Positions 1 through 12,300 of a stretch of 64,000 bases of DNA are shown in pieces (within the stretch, counting starts at the first letter, position 1; each line of letters opens with the position of its first letter). This DNA is from Prorocentrum cordatum. Lineage: Eukaryota. The position numbers and the translations under genes were made by a program. The notes beneath the pieces are model-generated. The model did not search any database, was not told the origin of the DNA, and saw only the letters and a list, made by a program, of their open reading frames with translations. The stretch lies in the NCBI GenBank assembly GCA_963575745.1, contig CAUYUJ010000004.1, positions 62,001 through 126,000 on the forward strand, written 5' to 3'.

Positions 1-65
1 CCATCATCACCATCCTCATCATCCTCATCATCATCATCGTCGTCGCCATCATCGTCATCATCACC

Positions 66-110
<45 letters not shown>

Positions 111-440
111 GTCATCATCATCACCATCACCGTCCTTGGCATCATCATCGTCCGCATCATCGTGGACGTCATCATCATCAGCATCATCGTCGTCATCATC
201 ATCAACAGCACCAGCAGCGTCAGCATCAGCAGCAGCATCGTCATCATCACCAGCATTTGCATCATCATCCTCGTCGTCGTCGTCGTCGTTGTCATCATCG
301 TCATCGTCATCATCATCATCATCATCAGCATCATCATCATAATCGCCGTTATCGCCATCGTCATCGTCCATCACCATTATCGCCATCGTCATCGTCATCG
401 TGAACAGCAGCATAACCATCGTCATCACCATCATCATGAT
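1..440. repeat. Degenerate (CAT/CGT/CAC)n trinucleotide microsatellite
   Basis: Runs of catcatcat/cgtcgt are directly visible; overlapping ORFs are poly-S/I/H artefacts. Confidence 0.95.
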
Positions 441-555
441 GAAACCTTCCTCATCGCAGAACTGCCCCTCCTCCTCACCCTCCTCAGTGGGAGGAGTAGG
501 ACGTGAGATGGATAGGTAATGTTCTCCCCTCCTCCTCACCCATGTCAGTGTGAGG

Positions 556-1810
556 GGCACGAATCCATTTGAATAGTATGGGTTTCCGACACCCTCCTCG
601 CTCAGACGGGGCTTCCCTGGAGTGGTGGGAGGGGCACGAAACCATGAAAATAGTATCAGGCGGGCTTCCTTGGAGGGGTGGGAGGGGCACGAAACCATGT
701 AAATAGTATGGGTGTCTGATGCCCTCCTCGCTCAGGCGGGGCCTCCCTGGAGAGGTGAGAAGGGCACGAAACCATGTAAATAGCATGGGTTTCCGATACC
801 CTCCTCGCTCAGGCGGGGCCTCCCTGGAGAGGTGGGAAGGGCACGAAACCATGTAAACAATATGAGTTTCCGATGCCCGCCTCGCTCAGGCGGGGCCTCC
901 TTGGATGGGGTGGGAGGAGCACGAAACCATGTAAACAATATGAGTTTCCGATACCCTCCTCGCTCAGGCGGGCCCCCCCTGGAGGGGTGGGAGGGGCACG
1001 AAACCATTTGAATAGTATGGGTTTCCGATGCCCTCCTCGCTCAGGCGGAGGCTCCATGGAGGGGAGGGAGGGGCACGAAACCATGTAAATAGTATGGGTT
1101 TCCAATACCCTCCTCGCTCAGGCGGGGCCTCCCTGGAGAGGTGGGAGGGGCACGAAACCATATAAATAATATGAGTTTCCGATACCCGCCTCGCTCAGGC
1201 GGGGCCTCCCTGGAGGGGAGGGAGGGGCACGAAACCATGTAAATAGTATGGATTTCCGATACCCTCCTCGCTCAGGCAGGCCTCCCTGGAGAGGTGGGAA
1301 GGGCACGAAACCATGTAAGTAGTATGGGTTTCCGATAACCTCCTCGCTCAGGCGGGGCCTCCCTGGAGGAGTGGGAGGAGCACGAAACCATGTAAATAGT
1401 ATTGGTTTCCGATGCCCTCCTCGCTCAGTCGGGGCCTCCCTGGAGGGGTGGGAGGGGCACGAAACCATTTGAATAGTATGGGTTTCCGATACCTTCCTCG
1501 CTCAGACGGGGCCTCCCTGGAGGGGTGGGAGGGGCACGAAACCATCTAAATAGTATGGGTTTCCGATACCCTCCTCGCTCAGGCGGGGCCTCTCTGGAGG
1601 GGTGGGAGGAGCACGAAACCTAGTAATTAGTATGGGTTTCCAATACCCTCCTCGCTCAGGCGGAGGCTCCCTGGAGGGGAGGGAGGGGCACGAAACCATG
1701 TAGATAGTAATTACGGGCTTCCGACACCCTCCTCGCTCAGGCGGGGCCTCCCTGGAGGGGCGGGAGGGGCACGAAACCTAGTAAATAGTGTGGTACTCCG
1801 ATGCCCTGCT
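556..1810. repeat. 77-bp tandem repeat, about 17 copies
   Basis: Unit ggcacgaaaccatgtaaatagtatgggtttccgataccctcctcgctcaggcggggcctccctggaggggtgggagg recurs at ~77-bp spacing (556, 633, a short unit to 686, 763, 840 ... ~1768); no unique spacers. Confidence 0.95.
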
Positions 1811-1819
1811 CGCTCTTGC

Positions 1820-2240
1820 GGGTATGGTATGGTAAGGTATGTATGGTATGGTGTTGTATGGGTAGTTCGGTATGGTATTGTATGGTATGTGTGGTATGGT
1901 ATTGTATCGTATGGTAGGTATGCAAGTGTATGGTAGATATGGTATGGCATTGTATGGTAGGTACGGTATGGTATGGTGCGGTATGGTATGGTATGGTACG
2001 TATGCTATATAGTATGGTTGGTATGGTATGGTATTGTTCGGTATTGTGAGGTATGTGTGTTATGGTATGGTGTGGTATGGCATGGTAGGTATGGTATGGT
2101 ATGGTATTGTTTGGTAGTGTGTGGTATGTATGGTATGGTATGGTATGGTATGGTACGGTATGATATGGTAGGTAAGGTATGGTATGGAATGGTAGGCATG
2201 GTCTGATATGGGAGGCTGGAATGGTAAGCATGGTATTGAT
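1820..2240. repeat. Degenerate (TATGG)n pentanucleotide microsatellite
   Basis: ggtatggtatggtat runs throughout. Confidence 0.95.
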
Positions 2241-2899
2241 ATGGGAGGCGGGAGGCGGGAGGGAGAAGGAGAGGCTTTTCTGGGAAAACAAGAACCCCAC
2301 TCAGGATGTGGGGAAAAAACACATCAGCTTCCCGGAGCTCCGTCCTAGCAGCCACGGGTCTGCCAGCCTTCGCCTGGGGCTTCCTGAGAGGTTCACGCTG
2401 GTGCTGCTCCACGCCTGCAGCGGCGGGCCAGACGACTGGCTCCCCATCGTCCACAGGCGGCCGGGGGGCGCCCGCCGCTCTGCCCGCAGATCGGCCCACG
2501 CCCCCGCCCCCCCTGGTTCCTCGTGCTGTCGCTCTTTCCTGCTCACTCCTCGGGTCTCTTGACGTCTCGCCGTGTCCCTCGGTGTGTGCGCACTCAGGAC
2601 TTTGCGCATTCTGACCGCGCTCCGCCCTCTTCCGCCCGCTCTTCTCCGCCTGTTCCCCCTGAGGTGCCGATTTCGCTTCCGGAGTGCCCCTCCCGTCGCT
2701 CGCCGGGCGTCTGACCTTTCTTGCGCCCGCTGCCCAAACAAGTGCACGGCTAGCACCATGTGTGGACGAGCGTGGAGCATTCCCATGCCGACGTTGGGCG
2801 AATGCGTCCCTAGTCCCACGTCTGTGGTTCCTCCTGCGCAACTCCCTGAGGCGCAAGCATGAGTTTGTCTGAGCACCTTTTGGTTTTGGAAGGGTGCCA

Positions 2900-5800
2900 G
2901 GCACCTTTCAAAAAGAATGCTCGGGAAGGGTTATTTATGGGTTACCATTTACACTCAGGTGGACGTTGGTCTGGATATTACCTTGTCTTGGATACGGCTA
3001 CATACGCCAAGAACCCAGACGGCGACCTGTGTCACGTACACAGAGTCAAAGATATCATCATCCCCGACGGCAAGTTCACCTCCCTGTGAAAGACGGGACC
3101 CTGCGACATCACAACCCCGAGGCACACGACGAGGTCAAGGCATCTACTTCTCGCCCCTTGGGCGACAAACCCATACCCGACCTTCCACTTGCCTACCCAA
3201 AGGAGTGGGATGATCCATTTATGATGACGATGGACGACAACATCGCTGATACTCACCCATCGGCCTCCGAGGTTGCTGCGCCGGCACCGGAGCCCGACTA
3301 CTGGGAACAGCGTGGATATTGCGTCATCCGACACATCCGTACTCCACGCAGAAAAGTGTTCATATCAACAGACGACGTTATGAACATACCTGTACCTGTT
3401 GATCAGCTCGATTTAACACGAGACTTCGAGACGACTTCTACCTTTGATGGAGAAAGTGTCTTTCGCGATGTTGGAATGGTGTTAGCGCCACAGAGCACCG
3501 AGAACTGAGCGAGCCTTGAACCGGCCTGGTTCGATTCTATGAGCTCCCTAAAATGTTGCCTGACGGCAAAATGGTGGTCCGCGGACGCGAGACCCGCGTG
3601 CAGACTACTACGCGTCCAGACAACATTCTTCCCGAGCATTGGAAGACCTTATCTCGCGGACAGCAAAGGAAGGATATTGAGTACGCCGAAGATATCAAAC
3701 AGGCTCGTGAGACTCGTGAACGAGCTGCACTTCGAGTGTGGACCCGACAGGACAAACAAGCTACAAATTTCCGTGCTACTACAGCTGGTGGACACACATG
3801 GAATACCGTGGAACGACGGATTACTTTCGATACGGACAGCGGCGCTGTCATTCGTGACGAGGACGTCGAGGGCGTGACCAACAAAGAAATTCTGTATGCC
3901 AAACTACCTGGTGGACCACAGCCCTCTGGAGTCGCACGTGCTCTGGTACTTGTTGACAGTGAGGGGAGCGACTTCGGGGCCGTGAACCCGCTCACACGCA
4001 AGTTCACCCCGTCGGTGGCAGTGCCCACCATGCCACGTGGGCCGACATACACACCGGCACACAGAGATAATATTCCTGACTCACCGTGGGCACGCCCAGC
4101 CCTTGTTACCATACATTTGAGTAAGAAAGAAGTTGCCGCATAACCACGTGCACAGGAGGCCCTACGCAAAGAATACGAGCGCCTTGAAAAGAAGCAAACA
4201 TGGATGTTGGAGACTGCTGCTGAAAAAGATGATATTGAGTCGCAGGCGATTCGGACTGGGAAGAAAGTTCACTTCTTCAACATCTTGGAGCTATCTTCAG
4301 TCAAACATGAAGAACTTCCTCCTGAACTACGTAAGTTCAAGGGCCGAGTGGTGGTTCAGGGCAAGACCGGCAAAGATGAAACTGGCTTGGCCGCCATATT
4401 CGCCGATGCCGCATCCAGTGCGTCGCATGTCGAAGCATCCAAACTTTGTGATGCTACCGCATTATTGCCAAAGTATGCGGGCGAGCAGAGCGACGCACCT
4501 GTCGCATACACGCAAGCATTGCTATACGGAGACGGAAGAATCGACCCAGTCGATACGTGGATTACCATGCCCAAGTGGCGACAACCTGCATCTTGGTCTA
4601 AATGCAAGAATCCCGTGCGCCGATTACGATTGGCACTATGCGGGCACCCTCTCGCAGGTGTCTTTTGGGAACGAAAGTGTCGCACGTGTCTGGAAAGTGT
4701 TGGATTTGAGCCCATCCCAGGCTGGGAATGCGTGTGGAGACACAACAAACTGGGATTGATACTTTCAGTATACGTGGACGACTTTAAACTAGCAGGACCA
4801 GCCACCAACCTACAAGCCGGCTGCGATCATATCCGCAAAAGTGTTATTGATTTGGATCCGCCTACCCCATGCTCTCAATACCTTGGCTGTGGACAACAGG
4901 CAGACGATGTACCGCAGAACGTATTCGACAAAAGAATTTCTACCATTCGACCTATGTTGCCTGCCTACAGTGACAAATCATATCATACAGCTAAACAAGT
5001 TCGTGGAATACGACATGACATGCTTGGTTTTACTGATCAATGTATTGAGCGCTACCTGGAGTGCGCCTCCAAGCGTACCCATGGGACAGGGTCACGTCTT
5101 AAACTGTCTGACTCGCCGAGGGCTTCGCGATCCAATTCGCCTAGCTCATCCGGGTCGGTCGTGAGACCCACTAGCGCACTCAACGCGCGGTCACGATCAT
5201 CCAGCCCAGCTGGATCGGTCGACAGACCTTCCACTACGACACAATCCACGACAGTCACATATGATGACCTACCCGACGCGGAGACTCCTGGCATAGAGGG
5301 CACCTCCTTTACCGAGTCCGACTACTCCGACGAGGGTATCCTCGGCCAGGACGCGGCGAGTGTACTGATGAAGATTCTCTATCTGGCACGCTGTTGTCGT
5401 TTCGATCTTTTACATCCAGTATGTATGCTAGCCAGAGAAATTACTAAATGGAATACCACGTGTGATAAACGCCTTCATCGGCTGAGATGCTACATTAAAA
5501 CGACGCGCACCCATTGTTTACATGGGTGGATTGGCGACCCTTCAGACCAGCTATCCATCATGCTTTTCACTGGCGCCTCGTTCGCCGATTGCATTACCTC
5601 CTCCAAATCCACTACCGGTGTCTTCGCGGCGCTTGTTGGACCCAACGCGTTCTTCCCGGTCAACGCCGTGTGCAAGAAACAAACTGTCGTATCGCACTCA
5701 TCCACAGAGTCCGAGATCGTTGCTCTTGACTCGGCGCAACGACTGGAGGGACTACCACTACTCTCATTCTGGGAGGCCGTGGTGGAGGTTGCCAACACAT

Positions 5801-6330
5801 GCAAAGTGAAGACTACTTGCATGGGCTGCCTGGGGCTCGCCGCTGCGGCGACATGCCCGACGCTGGCCGCCAAAAAGAAGAGGTGTGAGCCATCGCCTCG
5901 CAAGGCATCTCCTACACGGGTATCTTCTCCTAGCCGTAGGCAGCTACCGCTGAAGACGGAGCTACCTGTGCCTCCAAAGAGGCGCGCGATATCCCATGAG
6001 GGTGCCGTGCTGCACGTGGAACCAGAGCCCGCTCTGGAGAGCAGCTCTCCGAAAGTGCATCTCATCGTCCTCGAGGATTACGAGGCCGTGATCAAGATTG
6101 TCCAAAAGGGACGTGCGCCCGCACCTCGTCATCTACATCGTACTCATCGTATTAACTTGGATTGGATTTGCGAGACATGCCAATTCGATTTTTTTGAGCT
6201 CAGGCACGCAGGTACAAAAGAACAAATTGCAGATATGATGACAACATTTTGAGCCAAAGAAAGCAGACCTCTGGAGGGATCTATTGGAACACTCGCTCAT
6301 CTTTCCCGTTGCCCCGGTACAGTGCGCTCC
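2900..6330 (+). pseudogene. pol: Copia pol remnant: post-integrase segment, reverse transcriptase, RNase H (frameshifts and stops)
   Basis: GLFMGYHLHSGGRWSG (post-IN); KFKGRVVVQG, DAPVAYTQA, LRLAL(C)GHPLAG and SVYVDDFKLAG (YVDD 4771-4782); RNase H FT(G)ASFA..SKSTTG, KKQTVVSHSSTESEIVA, RHLHRTHRI, QIADMMT. Confidence 0.93.
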
Positions 6331-9300
6331 AAAGGATCCAAGGAGACCACTGCGAGGGCCTCAGAGGCCCGATGGTTTACCTCATGTCGCAGAACCTCCA
6401 AAACGGGATGGATGTCTGGAAATATGTAAGATATCACTTACCGACAAAGAAAAATGGGGCGAGGTAGGATCAGAATGCGGAGTCTTGTGTGTTGGACAAG
6501 CCAATCACGAGGGAGTATGTGCATGCATGTGCTATATCGGTGTTCCTGCTGCGGCTACCGATTCGCGAACACCTCGAGCGAGGGCACGTTCGCCGCACGG
6601 TGGACACCCTCGTCATCCTCCTTCACCACCGCATGGTACAGGGAAGTCTAGAACACTTATTATACGATCGTGCCGCAGCTGTTTTACCACTCGAGCGACG
6701 AAGCTTACCAGCATCTTGCTCGCTGCGCGCGAGACGCAATCAAGTGCGATCGGTTCTAACCCCGATCCCCCCATCTTCGAGATGGACTAGGCATCGCCGC
6801 TCCACCTCAACGGCTGGGCCATCGCCTACGACGCCAGCTACGACGCGAACGCCGAGGCCGACGACCGCGTGGGCTTCACGTGCCACGCTCAGACGGGTCG
6901 TCCTCGCGATCCCGAGGATGGCTTCACCTACGTGCATTATCTGCGCTTTGATCGAAGTGCAGAGTGTGATCTACGAGTGCCCGGCGAATCCACCATTGTC
7001 GAAGTTACCCGCTCCGCGCCCATCGACGCGACGAGTTGCATCGGCAAAGTTGTTGGAGGAGTCGGCGGCGACGCCCACTATGAATACAGTGCGACCACGG
7101 CCACGCCGTGGATGTCATTCATGAAGGCCATGTGCATGATCTCCAGCCTCTTCACGCGTAACTCTTCTGTGCGAGAAAACGTTCGTGGCTTACATGATCA
7201 CTTGCATGCTGTGATTCCAAATTCACACCACAAGTGCCCACCAATGGAGCTCGCGACAGTGGTGTTGAAGGCAGAGTGGATGATGATGCACAACGATTAA
7301 TCAAAAGTGGGCAGTGCATTTCTTGGGCGATATTCTGAGGACAGCGTTCAGGGTACAAACCAGGTGTACAAGGACGGACTTTGTGCGCCTCACGATGTGT
7401 ACAATAATGGTTTGACGACTCCCAACTACGCTCCGAAACTTGATCGCGCTGCGATCAAACTACCCGTGCGTCCACCTGGCATGGCCAGGGCATCGGACAC
7501 TGCGGGCCCCCTCGGCCGCACTGTCGAGGATCACCTCGTCACCGAAGTGAGGGCGTTCTCCGATATCCACCAGACAAGCGAATTCCGCCGCAAGCTCAGC
7601 ACTTGGTTGACCGCGCGCGGAGGATTTGGAGGCATCGGATCAGGCCCCAAGATGGTGGCAACACCATCCGATCACCAAGGCGGCTGGAAAATCCTCCCAG
7701 AGTATGACGAGAATAATTGGCAGCCATACGAGGAGGGATCTGTGCTCGCAGGAGGAACGCCTACCATGGAGGGCCCTGGTCTTACCCCTGATGCTGCCGT
7801 TGACCCGCTCGAGCTGGCACAAGCAAAATACAGCGCGTTTTGTGGTGGTCGATTGGTTTCTATTCTTCTTTCAGACAACGGATAGCCTGGGATCATACAG
7901 GAGGACCTGTGACTTCTCCTTCACCATGCCTTTGACCCGCCAGGGCACGCATACAAATGGACAAATTTGTATACGGATTCCACGTGGATCATGCATCCCA
8001 GGAAAGGGTCCAAGGCCGCCGCGCACAAGAAGTACCCAAGCTACGGCATTGGCGAGCTCAACAGCCCACAGCAGCGAGATGCCCTCGCCAAGGCATCAAA
8101 TGTTGGCCTCGTGCTTCTATTTATGCCGTGCCTCAACCGTGCAGAATGCATCGGCGGCGCCGCCCTCGAGCACTTGTCGACCGTTATCCGCGACGACATT
8201 ATGATGTGGGCATTCTCCTCTGGCAATTACAAAGAACGGTTCAAACAGAACGACGCGGCGATTGGCCAGGACTGCATTCTATTGCCAGAGGCTGGCGGCG
8301 ACACCCGCTGCGATCTGGCACACCTCCGCGAGAGGCCTGCGCAGGCACAGGAGAACCGTATCGCAGCTATCCTTGCATCGCATTTTGAGTCAATACTCGA
8401 ACAGCGCAACATGATCATCATGATCCGCGAGGCCAGAGGCTTATCGCTGATGAGCGACAATGCTTCCATGAAAGAGTGGCGTAAGTTGAATGAGCTCATA
8501 TGGGAATAATGGGCTAACGACTTTCCTGCATACGTGAAACAAAGACACTACTGCAGGGGTATCAACGCCATGGTGGTCTGGAGTGCAAGCGACATTGCGT
8601 GTGCTACTCATGGTCAGACCATGTTGGACGCCCGTCGCCATCAGGACCGCGCCCCTACCCTCGTGCGCGAGCTCATGAAGATGGACTGCGAGGGCGGCGT
8701 CCCGACGCTTATGCCAGTACATGTGAAAGTGGACTTATCACGTTTCATTTTCGTGATGCAGTACTTTCGTTGCCCCACCGTCATGGGGCCAGGCAAAGCG
8801 GCACAATGGGACGTACACCCAAACTTCGACTACCGCACGGGCGACCTGATCAGGACGATGCAAATGCGTTGTATTACAGTTCTTCCCTCAGGCCACTGGA
8901 TTGATGCATGCGACAGAATCACGCCTGAGGCTTGGCATTCAAAACAGAATAATCACAATCTGGCGACGATCGCGACTCAGTTTTGTGATGCAGTATGTTA
9001 CCGCAACTTCTGTGCATTGATCCAGTCATTATCATCACAGCCTTATCCATGCAGACCTCCTATCCTGACTCCAGTCACGGACGCGCAGGCCTACACCCAG
9101 GCCGCAGAGATTATGGAGGCTCTTCAATTTCGTGAAAAGATGACCAACGAATGGAAGAGGAACCACAGCCTCACGACGCTGATGACTCAGACTGCAGGAG
9201 AGATGGCCCATTGTGCCTGGATGGCATCTTGCGCCAGCGGTACTTTGCCGGAATCGATGCCGTTGGCAACAAGCGATCCATGCATGCCCATCCCTGGACT

Positions 9301-12300
9301 CGCAAAAGAGCCACCAGCGCCGGATCCGACAAGAGCTATTCCTGCTAGCGATCCATACGGTGATGCATACGACGAGTTGTTCAACCATCTTCTCCTTCTG
9401 ATCAACGAGTACCCTGGGGCGTTGGCATCTTGGGAATCAGATGAGTACAAGGAGCTCTTTCACCCCAAAATCGTGAAATACACTAAGGATGCACACGCTG
9501 TTACTTGGGTCGTGTACGAGCAGTTCCTGCGCCAGATTAACGACCTGGACGGCGATGACGACTCGACAAAATCACGCATCATTGCAGAGCGCAACAGATT
9601 GTGCCCCCATCGTGTCGGTCCTCGTACTGACAACCAAGATACTATTACAGCATGCAAAGGTTTCTATACACAGAACGCCTTGGATCGTATTGCATTGGGA
9701 CTCACGGCCGACGCTCCAACTACTGCCTTCGGCGCGTCGCCTCCAGACGGCTCCGCGGCCGCTGGGGCAGACCAGCAGGCCGAGGACAGGCAGCCGCTAC
9801 CGCCAGGCCCACTGCCTGATCCACTGCCGCCAGGCCCGCAGCCGATTCCTCTACCAGAGCCATTGCCGCCTGGCCCGCTTCCGATTAGCACGCCCGCTGA
9901 TCCATTGCCACCAGACCCGCTACCGACAGCCGCGTCAGTCCCGGTCCCCGATGACGACGCTGATGTGGAGGCGGCGGAGCTGGAGGCAGCTCCTGCTGAC
10001 GACGGACCTTCTCCTGGTCAGCAATCGGATACGGTATGCATACTGTCGTGGCAAGACTGTTGCGAGCGTTCCTTCCATGAAGACACCAGCCAGATCCCGA
10101 CATTCGACAATGCGTGCACCCCTCGTGAGTACAAGCTTCAAGCAGGTCACGCGGATGATCATCCATACGTACCTCCTCCGTTGCGGGGCACGTCCGCGAT
10201 CAATGGCATGGCTTGCTTGCAGGACGATGATTGGACGAGCCAATTGTCATGCGACGATTGTGTGATCGCCCATGCGCCTGACACTGTTCAGTCTGGTTGT
10301 TTCCCAGAGTGGAAATGGATATCACTCCCGCCGTACGACGAGGCACGCTACGGACCCGAGCTGCTCGATGAGTGGCTTGGAGATCCTGTTTGGATGAGCA
10401 AAGACATCACGACCGTGCTACGTCGCGAGATCCACTACAAAAAGTTCCATATTGACCAATTCAATGATCGACGTGTCAACATATGGCCGAACTCGGCACA
10501 GCATTCTTGGAAGATTCCCAGCAATTGGCAATCATTCCAGGACATGGTTCAGTGGAAATTTCAAGAGCGTCGTGGACCCCACAACGGACAATCCACCGAA
10601 GCGGCCATGGCACACTTTAAGTACTGTGAATCAGACGGATACATGTGCTGGACTGATTACTACCCGATCTTCGTCATTCGTGCGTTCCAGAAGCACATTG
10701 GCCCGTAGCAGAACCGGATCGAGATATATGCCAAACCAGTTTCCGACGGGAGCGATCCCAGTTGCGTCGATTGGAACAGCGTTATCGTTATCAGATGCGT
10801 TGGAGGCCACAGTTGCGTCAGTCCGACTCCACCACGGCGCGACACTTCGTGCCTGGCGAAGCATCCTCAAGTCAGGGATTATTCCAGGCTATGTTGATCC
10901 GTCTTCCCAGAGAGACAAACATTTTCGAGGATCACCACGCGCGGAGGCATTCTTCAGTTCCAGTACCTACGTGCAAAACGTCAAAATGAATCCTCTCACC
11001 TCGGTACAATCGTACAAGTTCAAGCACTACAAGAACGAGGTGGAGCTGGTAATCGACATGCATATTGCCACAAAGGCTGGATGCAGATTTTGGCTGGGAG
11101 CACAGGGCGCTATCATGACTGAGGATGGGGTTCCAGCCGCTGCAGTACTCGCCATTCGCCGTCTCACACCACGCAGCGAGAATGGCAGGCAGATATGGCC
11201 AGAAGGCACTACGTGGGTTTACCCGCCACTGGCTGCGAGACAACCATTGAGCAAATACGAGATTTGCGCTGCTCCTCCTGCGACAGATACAATCGATGAT
11301 CCTCCTGGGATTGCCCCAACTGGCAGGGCCTACGACACGGCTCAGCAGCCACAGACACAGCCCGCCTCAGCATCATCGGCCCAGCGGCCAATCGCCCCTC
11401 AGCTGGGGGCGACCCCTGCTGGCCACACAGCTGACGCTGACGCTTTGGATGAGGCCATGGTCTGTGCGATGGTTAACAGTTGCGGGCACAACACACAGGA
11501 TAAAGAACGGTTGATAGCTATCTCACATTGTAGAGAGGCCCTGCGACCCAATACATCAGAGATTACACAGAAAGATTGGGATCGCCGGCCTATCTTCAAC
11601 GATGTCCGCATGGGGGACTTCATTATCGTTAAAAATTGGGGCTCAACCAATTGCTACCACTATGACAACCACTTCCCCAAGGGCGACTACAACACAAAGG
11701 TGCGTATGACCGAGGGTCATATTTATGGACCAGTCAGTCATTTCGGAGTATTCGAGAAGTTCTTTGCGGTACAAATACCTATTCTCAACTACGGTTTACG
11801 ATGGGTAAGCATATGGTATTGCGACAGAAATATGCCCCTCAAGGGCGTTGTCTTCGCTATGCCAGTACGTACCGGCATCAACCCGATTCACATGAATGTT
11901 GCACTTCAGGGTTCATCTTCGTGCAGCGATCAGATCTATAAATTAAAAAAATCTGGTGATCTACCATATCTTCGCATGCCGAGCATTGACAAACCACGTA
12001 TCCCACGCACGCCGACCAGACGCCCCGCTCCTCGGACACCCGATCCCGACGAGCCGGTGGCCACACCTGCCGAGGATCCCACGGCAGACGACGAGGGATC
12101 CCTACACGACGCAGGCCAATCCAACGACCCTCTGGTAACTGTCATTGTGGATATATCGACCATACCACTCACAGATGAGGAAAAAGCAGCCAACGATGCC
12201 ATGAAGGCGGATTTATCGGCAGAGGTTCACGCTGATGAGGACATTGGCTCGAGCATCCTTGATAATATCATTGACCCGCCAGAGGATTTCCTCAACTACC

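Noticed and set aside
556..1810. 77-bp array as a CRISPR array
   Set aside because: Whole units repeat with no unique spacers; no cas genes; eukaryotic context.
2330..2860. Possible host exon (LPERFTLVLLHACSGGPDDW...)
   Set aside because: No recognisable domain and no supportable splice structure.
6247..6258. Minus-strand TTTGGCTCAA resembling the SL
   Set aside because: Only 10 nt, antisense inside RNase H coding sequence; chance is sufficient.
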